From contig OZ242318.1 in NCBI GenBank assembly GCA_965208105.1, forward strand, positions 4,544,001 to 4,608,000: 64,000 bases of DNA, read 5' to 3'. Position numbers and translations under genes: made by a program. The DNA is from Candidatus Latescibacterota bacterium. Its GTDB lineage: Bacteria; Latescibacterota; UBA2968; UBA8231. The notes below the pieces were generated by a model. It worked only from the letters and a program-made list of their open reading frames with translations. It did not search any database and had not been told where the DNA came from. Positions 9,098 through 17,975 of the stretch are shown one piece after another (the stretch's first letter is position 1; the number at the start of each line of letters is the position of its first letter).

Positions 9098-11044
9098 ATG
9101 AGCACTGTGGAGAAAATCGCACCCCACATCACCCTGCGGGCATTGGTGCTAGGGGCGCTGACCATCGCCGCCACCTTCTACTACGCCATCACCGAAATAC
9201 AGGGGCGCGGGATGGGGGGGCTGGTGAACTCGCAGCTGCCCATCATCGTCTACGTTCCATTTGTCACCTGGTTGTTCCTCAACGTCGTCCTCAAGCGCTT
9301 TTGGCCCGCCATCGCCCTGAAGCAGGGGGAGCTGCTCACCATTTTCTGCATGCTGTGGCTCGTGGGCACGGTGCCCCACATCGGCTGGAGCACCTATTTC
9401 GCCATCTGGCTTGCCGCACCTGCCTATTTCGCCACCGCCGAAAACCAGTGGGCCGAAGTCCTCTTCAACGACATCCCCTGGCACTACATGCCCGCCACCA
9501 CCGACCGCGTTCTCACCGGGTTCTTCCAGGGCTTGCCCCAGGGTGCCTCCATTCCATGGGATGGATGGTACGGCGCCGTCGCCCACTGGCTCGTCGTATC
9601 CATCGCCATGGTGATTTTCGGTTTCTGCCTGGTGGTGCTGCTGCAGCGCCAATGGGAGGAGGGGGAAAAGCTGACCTTCCCTCTTGCCCAGCTGCCGCAG
9701 GACCTCACCGCCGGCTTCGACGGCAAACGCAGTATTCCGAACATCTTCGCTTCCCGGGTGTTCTGGATCGGGTTTTCTCTTGTTTTCCTGCCCATTCTCT
9801 ACAACGTCGGCACCTACTTCACCCCAGGGCTGCCCACCCTGGACGTCTACTGGAAGCGCTATACTATCGAGCTGGGGGCGGGATACCCGCTCCTGTACTT
9901 CCGCATCATGCCCCTGGTCATGGCGGTCACCTACCTGTGCCCCCTGGACATTCTCGGCAGCATGTTCCTCTTCCACCTTTTGGCGGTGGTCAAGCGCGTG
10001 GTCATGCTGCGCTTCGGATTCACCCTGGGCAGCGAAGGGGTGCCGCTGACGGAGAGGGCCATCCTGCACCTCGAGAGCTACGGCACCATGATCTTCGTGG
10101 GACTGTGGACGTTCTGGCTGGCGCGCGGCCATCTGCGCCGGGTATGGCGCCAGGTGCGCGGCGAGGAGGGAGGGGACCCGGAAGAAAGGCGGCTCTATCG
10201 CCTGGCTCTGGTGGGCCTGGCGGCCTCGGCCGCCTACGTGCTGGGCTTCATGGTCTTCATGGGCATGAGCCTGCCCCTGGCCCTGCTGGCGTTCACGGTC
10301 ACCACCCTCACCTACCTGGTCATCATGAAGCTCATCGCGGCTACCGGGTGCGCCTACCTGCTTACCGACTGGGATCACATGAAGGCCAAGACCTTCGTGC
10401 ACCAGCTGGTGGGGACCGCCCACATCTCGCCCCAGAACTACATAGCCTACCGCTTTTTCGGCGGCCGCGCCTTCTTCGGCAACCTGCGCCTGCCCACCTG
10501 GCCGGCCCTGCCCCACGTGCTGAAGATTTTTTCGCTGCGCCACCGGCCCCGGTGGGTCGTGGCGTTGATTCTCACCGCCTTCCCGGTGGGATTCCTGGTG
10601 GCGGTGGCGTCCACCCTGGAAATGGCCTATCGCGGCGACGGCCTGGCCTACTCCTCAGGGGGAACCATCGCCCACTTCACCAGCATCGTCACCAACCTGG
10701 CCAATCCGCGGATGGTGGACCCGGAGCGCTGGATGGTTTTCATGACCGGCTTCTTCGAAGGTGTGGTGCTGGCCGTCCTGCGGGCGCGCTACCACTGGTT
10801 CCCCCTGCACCCCGTGGGCCTGGCCTTCCAGTACACCATCGTGACCGTCCTCTACTGGTTCAGCTTGTTTCTGGTCTGGCTCGCCAAACTCACCCTGCTG
10901 CACTACGGCGGCGTGCGCGCCTATCTGAGCGCAAAACCTTTCTTCTACGGGCTGGGAATCGGCTACGTGGTGGGGATCATTCTCTCGGTTACGGTGGACC
11001 TCATCTGGTTTCCTGCAGCGGGCCATTTCATCCACGGGTGGTAA
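9098..11044 (+). CDS. Polytopic membrane protein, DUF6785/DUF6784-like
   Basis: Many hydrophobic segments; RQWEEGEKLTFPLAQLP, YFATAENQW, WFPLHPVG motifs. Confidence 0.7.
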   Translation: MSTVEKIAPHITLRALVLGALTIAATFYYAITEIQGRGMGGLVNSQLPIIVYVPFVTWLFLNVVLKRFWPAIALKQGELLTIFCMLWLVGTVPHIGWSTYFAIWLAAPAYFATAENQWAEVLFNDIPWHYMPATTDRVLTGFFQGLPQGASIPWDGWYGAVAHWLVVSIAMVIFGFCLVVLLQRQWEEGEKLTFPLAQLPQDLTAGFDGKRSIPNIFASRVFWIGFSLVFLPILYNVGTYFTPGLPTLDVYWKRYTIELGAGYPLLYFRIMPLVMAVTYLCPLDILGSMFLFHLLAVVKRVVMLRFGFTLGSEGVPLTERAILHLESYGTMIFVGLWTFWLARGHLRRVWRQVRGEEGGDPEERRLYRLALVGLAASAAYVLGFMVFMGMSLPLALLAFTVTTLTYLVIMKLIAATGCAYLLTDWDHMKAKTFVHQLVGTAHISPQNYIAYRFFGGRAFFGNLRLPTWPALPHVLKIFSLRHRPRWVVALILTAFPVGFLVAVASTLEMAYRGDGLAYSSGGTIAHFTSIVTNLANPRMVDPERWMVFMTGFFEGVVLAVLRARYHWFPLHPVGLAFQYTIVTVLYWFSLFLVWLAKLTLLHYGGVRAYLSAKPFFYGLGIGYVVGIILSVTVDLIWFPAAGHFIHGW

Positions 11045-11127
11045 TGGGAATCAGCCGCCTGGAACTGAAGGCCGTGCAGCCCGGAACCCGGGGCCGAGGG
11101 GCTTCAGCCCGAGGATGTGGGGACCCT

Positions 11128-13197
11128 TCAGGGGGAAGAGATCAGGAAAGGACCCGGGCGTCCCTCCAGGACCTGTGGCAGCTCGTTGTTGGCCGCCGAT
11201 CTGCGCGTGCCCTCGGCGAGATCGACCACCGAGAGCCGGCCGCCGCCGCGGCCCCCGGATTCGAGCCTGGGCAGGGCCGGGGACCGGCCGCCGGGCATTA
11301 CCAGCCAGTGGCGCCTTTGCTCGCTTTCGAGGCCGAGAACCCTGGTGCAGCCGGCTTGCTGAACGGGAAGCGGACGCCAGGGTTGTGGGGAGGCGAAAAG
11401 GGCGCTGTTGAGGCATCTCACCGAGTGAAAGGCCCGCCTGGGGTTGGACAGGCGGTCCAGCAGCCCGTGGCCCGGGTCGTTGGTGCGGTCCAGGTCGACG
11501 AAGGGGGAAAGAAAGAGGCGGCAGCCCGGCATCATGGCGGCGGCGAAGAGCGCCTCGGCGGCGCGCTCGGCAGCCAGGTCCTCGTCCGTGCCGGTGAGTT
11601 CGACCACGCAGTCGAGGCGGCCGATGCGGGACAGGGGCAGGCGGGCGCAGAGGCTGCGAAAGGCGTTCCAGAGAGCGGCTTCCGCGTCCAGGTGGCAGAG
11701 GACGCGGTCCAGATGCAGGCCCAGAGCGCCCAGGCGGCGGTCCAGCTCCTCGAGCTCCCCGGGACGATAGCCGATACGGGTGCGGGGGTGGTACTTGGAG
11801 GGGCTGCTTTCCCGGGCGAGCAACGGCGCCAGCACCGCGGGCTTGCCGAATTCGCGGCTGCAAAGGGCCAGCGCGCGCAGGCAGTCTGGTTCCGGCCACA
11901 GGGTCCCCGGCACCTGCAATTCCATGCTGTCGATGCATGCGGCGGACTTTTCGAGGGAGCTGGCGAGGCTGCGGCGGTCAGACCAGAGCCAGACCGCCGC
12001 GATTTCCACTCCTTCCTCCCGCAGCAGCGCCAGGCGCCGGCTCTGGAGCTCGTCGCCGAGGTCGGAGGCCGGCACCCGGATGTGGCGCACGCCGGCTTCC
12101 AGGCAGGCGAGGAGGGGATGGTCGTCGCGCACCCGCTGGCGCAGGACGCTGGGCCAGGCGAGGGCGCCTGCACTCTGCTGCGCCAGCGGGGTGCGCAGAA
12201 AGAGCCCCGCGGGCGATGCCGCGAGGTCGTGGGAGGTGCGCGTCAGCAGGCGCTTCCATCCCCTTTCAGAACTTTGCGCGCGGGTGGCGCCGCCGCTGCG
12301 CACGAAGTGGACCCTGGTCCCTGCGGCGCAGACCCGGAGCAGGTAGAATCCGAGCTTGGCGGTGTCGTTGCGGCCCTGCTCCTCGGGGGGAGCCACGGAG
12401 AAGGCCTCGTAGAACCCCGCCCGCGAGGTGGTGGTGGACGGGGCCACGAGGACCCGGGTGGTGCCGACGCGGTTGAAGGCTCGAAAGTGAGTATGCCCCG
12501 AGAGGAGAAGCTGCACCCGGTGACGGCGCAGGAGTTCGGTGAGCCAGCTTCGCGCCGGCTCGTCGATACTGTTGTAGAATCCCCGGTCCGGCTCTTCCGG
12601 GTCGACGAAGAAGGGAGGCATGTGCATGAAGAGGAAGATGGGCCGGCCCTGGTTGGCGGCCAGGTCGCGCTGTGCCCAGCTTCGCTGCTCCTCGGCCTCG
12701 GCCAGAGGGCCGTTCATGATCTGGGAGTTGAGCACGACGAAGTGAATCCCGCCGCGGTCGAAGCTGTACCAAGAACGGCCGAACTGCTCGTGGTAGGCGG
12801 CGAGAGTCGCGGCGCTGACCCGATCGGACCACATGGCAGGGTCCGGTTTGTCGCCGATGTCCATGTTGCCGGCCACGTGGTAGGGCCGTATGCCGCAGCG
12901 TTCCATCTGGGCGAGGGCGGCCCGCCTGGCGGCGGTGAAGCCGTCCTTTTGGGGGTTCTCTTCGGTGAGATCGCCCAGGTGAACGACGAATTCCGGTTCC
13001 AGCGCGGCGGCCAGGCGGAGGGCCCATTCGAGGCGCCCGGGCCACTGCTTGACCGAGGCGAACTCGACGGCGTAGGGCTCGGGATCGAGGATGTAGTGGG
13101 TGTCGCCGATGACGACGAATTCGAGTTGGGCCCGGGGCAGAAATGAGCGATCGAATTGCGGGATGGTCTGGCCAGGGCCGTCGGGTTTCCGCTTCAT
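11128..13197 (-). CDS. Calcineurin-like metallophosphoesterase with long C-terminal extension
   Basis: GDTH, HLGDL, GNMD (for GNHD), FMHMP, GHTH motifs. Confidence 0.75.
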   Translation of the reverse strand: MKRKPDGPGQTIPQFDRSFLPRAQLEFVVIGDTHYILDPEPYAVEFASVKQWPGRLEWALRLAAALEPEFVVHLGDLTEENPQKDGFTAARRAALAQMERCGIRPYHVAGNMDIGDKPDPAMWSDRVSAATLAAYHEQFGRSWYSFDRGGIHFVVLNSQIMNGPLAEAEEQRSWAQRDLAANQGRPIFLFMHMPPFFVDPEEPDRGFYNSIDEPARSWLTELLRRHRVQLLLSGHTHFRAFNRVGTTRVLVAPSTTTSRAGFYEAFSVAPPEEQGRNDTAKLGFYLLRVCAAGTRVHFVRSGGATRAQSSERGWKRLLTRTSHDLAASPAGLFLRTPLAQQSAGALAWPSVLRQRVRDDHPLLACLEAGVRHIRVPASDLGDELQSRRLALLREEGVEIAAVWLWSDRRSLASSLEKSAACIDSMELQVPGTLWPEPDCLRALALCSREFGKPAVLAPLLARESSPSKYHPRTRIGYRPGELEELDRRLGALGLHLDRVLCHLDAEAALWNAFRSLCARLPLSRIGRLDCVVELTGTDEDLAAERAAEALFAAAMMPGCRLFLSPFVDLDRTNDPGHGLLDRLSNPRRAFHSVRCLNSALFASPQPWRPLPVQQAGCTRVLGLESEQRRHWLVMPGGRSPALPRLESGGRGGGRLSVVDLAEGTRRSAANNELPQVLEGRPGPFLISSP

Positions 13198-13374
13198 TGC
13201 AACAAATATAGGCCCTGGACCCGCTGCCGAGAATTGTCTTTAGCAGGGAGCATGCAGCTTAACCCTTGCAGGCGGAAGGAGAATCCGGAGGGTTCGCCCA
13301 TGTGGGACCACCCTCCGGGCCCAATGCGCCGGCACCCCGCGGGCGAATCGGACCCGGTGGAAGGAGGCATCTTC

Positions 13375-14931
13375 ATGGATCAGGTGGACCACGACGCAAT
13401 CATTGTGGGAGGCGGCCACAACGGCCTGGTGGCGGCGGCCTACCTGGCCGCGGCCGGGATGGACGTGCTGCTGCTGGAGCGCCGCCACCTGCTTGGCGGG
13501 GCCTGCGTAACCGAGGAGTTGTTTCCCGGCTATCGCTTCTCGGCATGCTCCTACATCTGCCACCTGCTGCAGGCCAAGGTCATCGAGGACCTGGAGCTGC
13601 GCCGCTACGGATTCGAGGTTTTTCCCCTCGATCCCGAGCGCTTTCAGCCCTTCGCCGACGGCAGGCGGCTGCTGGTCTGGGACGATGTGGAGCGGACACA
13701 GGAAGAGATCGGCCGCTTTTCGCGCCGCGACGCCGAGAGCTACCCGCGTTGGCTTGCCTTCTGGAAACGGGCGGCGGCCATCATCCATCCCCACCTGCTC
13801 AGGCCGCCCCCGGGTCTCGGGGAGATTGCCGCCAGGGCGCGGCGAGTCGGTGACGAGGCTTTCCTGGAGCGTTTGCTCAAGGTCAGCATGAAGGAGGTGG
13901 TGTGTTCGTTCTTCGAGTCCGAGCCGGTGCGCGGCACCTTCGTCCACGCCCACGACGTGGGCGATCCGGGGGCGCCTGGCAGCGCCTGGTGCTACGCCTA
14001 CATCAAGTGCAACCTTCTCGGCCGGGCAAGGGACAAGGGTATCGTCAAGGGCGGTATGGGCGGAATTACCAGGGCCATGGCCCGGGCGGCGCGGGCGCGC
14101 GGCGCCGTGCTGCGCGAGGGAGTCGAGGTGGAGCGGGTGCTGGTGGAGGACGGCAGGGCCGCCGGCGTCGCTCTCTCCGACGGCACCGGAATCCGCGCCC
14201 GGGTCGTCGTCTCCAACGCGGACCCCAAGCGCACCTTCCTGAAGCTCGTCGGGCGCGATGAGCTGGGAGCCGAATTTGCGGACCGGGTCGAGAGGCTGAA
14301 GACGCGGGCGGCCTACCTGAAGTTCCACGCCGCACTCAGCGCCCTGCCTGACTTTTCCTCCTATTTCGACGGCGACTTCGACCCTCGCTATCTCGCCGAG
14401 GGCAAAATCTGTCCATCCATTGCCTACCTGGAGCGCTGCTGGGACGAGGCGAGGCGCGGCGAGCCGGCGCGGAGCCCGGTGATGGAGGTGCAGATTCCCT
14501 CAGGCTATGACCCGGGCATGGCGCCGCCCGGCCATCACGTGATGTCGGTGTGGGCGCTGTACGCGCCGGTGCGGCTGCGGCGGGGGAGTTGGGAGGACCG
14601 GCGGCGGGAAGCAGGTGAGAGCCTGATCGACACCCTGTCGGCCTTTGCCCCCAACCTGCGGGAGGTCATGGTGGACTGGTCCCTGTTTACCCCCGCCGAC
14701 ATGGAGCGCCGTATCGGGTTGACCGACGGCAATATCCGCCATCTCGACATCGTCCCCGACCAGTTTCTGGCGCACCGGCCTCTGGCGGGCTGGGCAGACT
14801 ACCGCACTCCCATCGCCAACCTCTACCTTTGCGGCGCCGGCACCCATCCGGGCGGAGAGGTTACGGGAGCGCCCGGGCACAATGCCGCCGCCGCAATTCT
14901 GCGGGATTGCGGGGCGGCGGGTGAAGATTGA
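13375..14931 (+). CDS. Phytoene desaturase-family (PYROXD2-like) FAD-dependent oxidoreductase
   Basis: ATG 13375 after AGGAGG. IIVGGGHNGLVAAAYLA, GGACVTEE, LYLCGAGTHPGGEVTGAPGHNAA. Confidence 0.85.
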   Translation: MDQVDHDAIIVGGGHNGLVAAAYLAAAGMDVLLLERRHLLGGACVTEELFPGYRFSACSYICHLLQAKVIEDLELRRYGFEVFPLDPERFQPFADGRRLLVWDDVERTQEEIGRFSRRDAESYPRWLAFWKRAAAIIHPHLLRPPPGLGEIAARARRVGDEAFLERLLKVSMKEVVCSFFESEPVRGTFVHAHDVGDPGAPGSAWCYAYIKCNLLGRARDKGIVKGGMGGITRAMARAARARGAVLREGVEVERVLVEDGRAAGVALSDGTGIRARVVVSNADPKRTFLKLVGRDELGAEFADRVERLKTRAAYLKFHAALSALPDFSSYFDGDFDPRYLAEGKICPSIAYLERCWDEARRGEPARSPVMEVQIPSGYDPGMAPPGHHVMSVWALYAPVRLRRGSWEDRRREAGESLIDTLSAFAPNLREVMVDWSLFTPADMERRIGLTDGNIRHLDIVPDQFLAHRPLAGWADYRTPIANLYLCGAGTHPGGEVTGAPGHNAAAAILRDCGAAGED

Positions 14932-15097
14932 CCACCGGTTCCGGGTCGGAGGCAGGACCGTGAGGTTGAACCAGGCGGGTCCGGGAGGACGCGGCAGTCA
15001 TCGCGGGAAGGAACCGTTCGTGGTTGCGATGGTCTCTTCTGGGAGGGCCGGCCTGAAGGGAAATCTGCAAGGACCCGCATTGACTGAAAATCCTGCC

Positions 15098-17887
15098 ATG
15101 AATCGGCCGAAACCCACTGCGAGCCCCCGGGAATTCCTTCCGCCTCGGTTCCATGGCTTCCCGAGGAGAAGGCAAGGGCCCGTCCACCTTCACATCAGGC
15201 CCTTTTCCATACGAGCCGCCCTCGCCATCCCGGCCTTTTTCATGGCCCTGGCCGGGTATACTCCCCTGCTCCTGGCTCAGTCGCTGGACTTCGCTCCTCC
15301 AGAGCCGCAAGGTCCCGCCAAAATTCAAAGCTCCTTGTGGGATCTGGCCACGGAGGGAAACGTCGCGCCAAAGCCTGTCGAGAGGGACGGCTCTCGGGAC
15401 ATGCCCGGCAGGGTCGTGGTCACCCTGGTTCCATATCCCGGCAAGGGGTCGTCTTCCATAGACCCTTCTTCATTTGCCGAGCTCGGAATCGAGGTACTTG
15501 CACGGTCAAACAGCCTGTTGAGGGTTTCAGCCCCGGGACATTCTCTGCCGGCACTTTCCAGGCTGGCTGGAGTAGGCTTCGTGCGCGAGCCCTTCCACCC
15601 CATTCTCCGGTCGACGATCAGCGAGGGAGCCGCCCGCATCGGCGCCAGGGTCAAACACCGGGAGGACGTACGGGGAAGGGGGGCCAGGATCGCCATCATC
15701 GACGCAGGGTTCAAGGGAGCCGACAGGCTGGGCCGGGACATGCCCGAATCGTGGCGGTATCGCGACTTTACGGGAAAGGGAATATACGCCGGCGACGGTC
15801 ATTCCAGGCACAGACATGGGACAGCCTGTGCCGAAATTGTTCATGACGTGGCTCCGGACGCAGAGCTGGCCCTTTTGAAGGTTGGCGACCTGGTCGACCT
15901 GGAGAACGCCAGGGATTACTGCATGCGGGAAGGGATCGGAATAGTCAGCCACTCCCTTGGCTGGATGGGAACAGGGTTCGGCGACGGCCGCGGCCTGGCG
16001 TGCGACATCGTGGACGCCGCGGCCGAAAGAGGAATATTGTGGGTGAACGCCGCGGGTAACGAAGCAAGGAGCCATTACACGGGGGTCTGGTCCGACCGGG
16101 ATTCCGACGGCTGGCACAATTTTTCCAGGGATGATGAAGTATTGACCATTCAGGCGGCGGCCGGCGATTCGATTCAGGTGATGTTGACCTGGAACGATTT
16201 TCCCGCCACCGCAGAGAACTATGATTTATTCCTCTATTTCATGGATAAATCGGAAATTCCCGAAGAAGTCGGCCGCAGCGTAACCAGACAGAATGGATTC
16301 GGGGCCGACCCTCCGGTGGAATGGATAAAATACGTGGTTGAAGAGTCGGGCGAGTATGGGATAGCCGTCGGCAAGGCGGACGGCGCTCTGTCGAAAAGGT
16401 TGAAAATATGGTCATACAACCAGGAAATCGACGAGTATGCGGTGGCGCGGAACAGTATGGGGATTCCCGCGGACGCCAGGGGAGGCATGAGCGTCGGGGC
16501 GGTCAATCACCTGGAGTGGAGCGCGGATCAGGTTGAATACTACAGCTCCAGGGGACCCACCACCGATGGACGCATCAAACCCGACCTGGTCGCTCCCACC
16601 CGTGTTTCCACCGTTTCCTACGGACCGGGCTCCTATGCCGGAACCTCTGCTTCTGCCCCCCACGTGGCCGGGGCAGCCGCCCTGATCAGGTCGGCAAACC
16701 CATCCTACTCGGGAGCCGATTTGTGGGAGGCGCTGGTAGAGGCCGCCGTTGACATAGAAGGCTACGGGAGGGACAACCACTCCGGATACGGGAAACTGGT
16801 CCTGGCTCAATCCATCGAGCCGCAAATCACATCGGCTGATCCAGCCAAAATACGCTACAACCAGGTCCTGACTCTCCGCGGAACGGGTTTTGGTGAGGAC
16901 CGGCGCGAGGGCAGGGTGATTTTCCACCAGGCAGGGGAACCCAGGCCATCCCAATATGTAAGCTGGAGTGATACCCTGATCGAGGTGAGGGTGCCCGCGG
17001 GTGCGCGCCGCGGCGACCTGCAGGTCGAGACGGTTGGAGGGAGCGCCACGGTCCCGGTGAAAATCACTTCTCCCTGGGTCAGAAGCATCTCTCCCGCCAG
17101 CGGCCGGACCGGGACCCTGGTCACCGTATACGGGGAAAATTTCGGCTTTTCGCGGAAGAACGGCATGGTGAGGATCGGATCGGCGGCCATTTCTTCGGTC
17201 CCCACCTGGTCCATCACCACCATCAGGTTCCGGATTCCCCTCAATGCCCGCTCGGGGGAACTCCGGGTCAGAACCCCCGAAGGAACGAGCAACGCCGTCA
17301 CCCTCGAGGTAACGAGCCCCTACCTGGGCCGGGTGTCACCAGGCCGGGTGAAACCGGGAGACCGTCTGACCTTGACCGGATCCAACTTCGGCAAGGTGCG
17401 GGGGTCCGGTTACGTCCTTCTGTGGCCCGAGGTCCGGCCATCCACTGGAGATTACGTGACCTGGAGCGAAGGCAGAATCGTCGTCGAGGTGCCGGACCGG
17501 GCGGCCAGCGGCGATGTGCGGGTGGTTACGGACCAGGGATCATCCGGGAGCAGGCGCCTCGAGGTCGAGGCCGGGGAGCTCGACCGTTTCGCCGGCCCGG
17601 AGGCCGCTGGCGGCTCCGGCTTCGGACGTCCCTTTCCGGCACCATTCAATGCAGCTGTGACCATACCATTTTCCGTCTCGGTCCCATGCCCGGTGCGGAT
17701 TTCGGTCCACAACCTGATGGGACAGAGGGTTCGCGTCCTGCGCGATGGCTGGAGCCAGGCCGGAGCGCACCAGGTCCGCTGGGACGGCCGCAGCGATTCA
17801 GGGGCCGAGGCGGCGTCGGGAGTCTACTGGGCCTTGCTCCGGACCGGAGGCACGGCCCGGTCCACCAGGCTGTTGCTGATTCGATGA
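15098..17887 (+). CDS. Secreted S8 (subtilase) serine peptidase with three IPT/TIG-like repeats and C-terminal FlgD-like domain
   Basis: Catalytic IAIIDAG, HGTACA, AAGN, GTSASAPHVAG. Repeated TLxGxxFG...W...I.V.VP units. C-terminal PFPAPFN...WDGRSDSG..AASGVY. Start codon uncertain. Confidence 0.85.
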   Translation: MNRPKPTASPREFLPPRFHGFPRRRQGPVHLHIRPFSIRAALAIPAFFMALAGYTPLLLAQSLDFAPPEPQGPAKIQSSLWDLATEGNVAPKPVERDGSRDMPGRVVVTLVPYPGKGSSSIDPSSFAELGIEVLARSNSLLRVSAPGHSLPALSRLAGVGFVREPFHPILRSTISEGAARIGARVKHREDVRGRGARIAIIDAGFKGADRLGRDMPESWRYRDFTGKGIYAGDGHSRHRHGTACAEIVHDVAPDAELALLKVGDLVDLENARDYCMREGIGIVSHSLGWMGTGFGDGRGLACDIVDAAAERGILWVNAAGNEARSHYTGVWSDRDSDGWHNFSRDDEVLTIQAAAGDSIQVMLTWNDFPATAENYDLFLYFMDKSEIPEEVGRSVTRQNGFGADPPVEWIKYVVEESGEYGIAVGKADGALSKRLKIWSYNQEIDEYAVARNSMGIPADARGGMSVGAVNHLEWSADQVEYYSSRGPTTDGRIKPDLVAPTRVSTVSYGPGSYAGTSASAPHVAGAAALIRSANPSYSGADLWEALVEAAVDIEGYGRDNHSGYGKLVLAQSIEPQITSADPAKIRYNQVLTLRGTGFGEDRREGRVIFHQAGEPRPSQYVSWSDTLIEVRVPAGARRGDLQVETVGGSATVPVKITSPWVRSISPASGRTGTLVTVYGENFGFSRKNGMVRIGSAAISSVPTWSITTIRFRIPLNARSGELRVRTPEGTSNAVTLEVTSPYLGRVSPGRVKPGDRLTLTGSNFGKVRGSGYVLLWPEVRPSTGDYVTWSEGRIVVEVPDRAASGDVRVVTDQGSSGSRRLEVEAGELDRFAGPEAAGGSGFGRPFPAPFNAAVTIPFSVSVPCPVRISVHNLMGQRVRVLRDGWSQAGAHQVRWDGRSDSGAEAASGVYWALLRTGGTARSTRLLLIR

Positions 17888-17975
17888 CGGCTGATTGATG
17901 ATCCCGTCCTGGGGCCCGAGCATTCGGTCCCCCCCGGGGCCGGGAGCATGTGCGGGAGGCCGCTCGATCATCCAT

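Noticed and set aside
8830-13146. 1438-aa + strand ORF
   Set aside because: Shadow frame overlapping two well-supported genes; Arg/Gly/Pro-rich composition typical of off-frame GC-rich DNA.
13375-14931. crtI / carotenoid pathway linked to the squalene synthase-like gene
   Set aside because: Motifs fit the broad PYROXD2-like subfamily, it lies 17 kb from the synthase, and no other crt genes are present.
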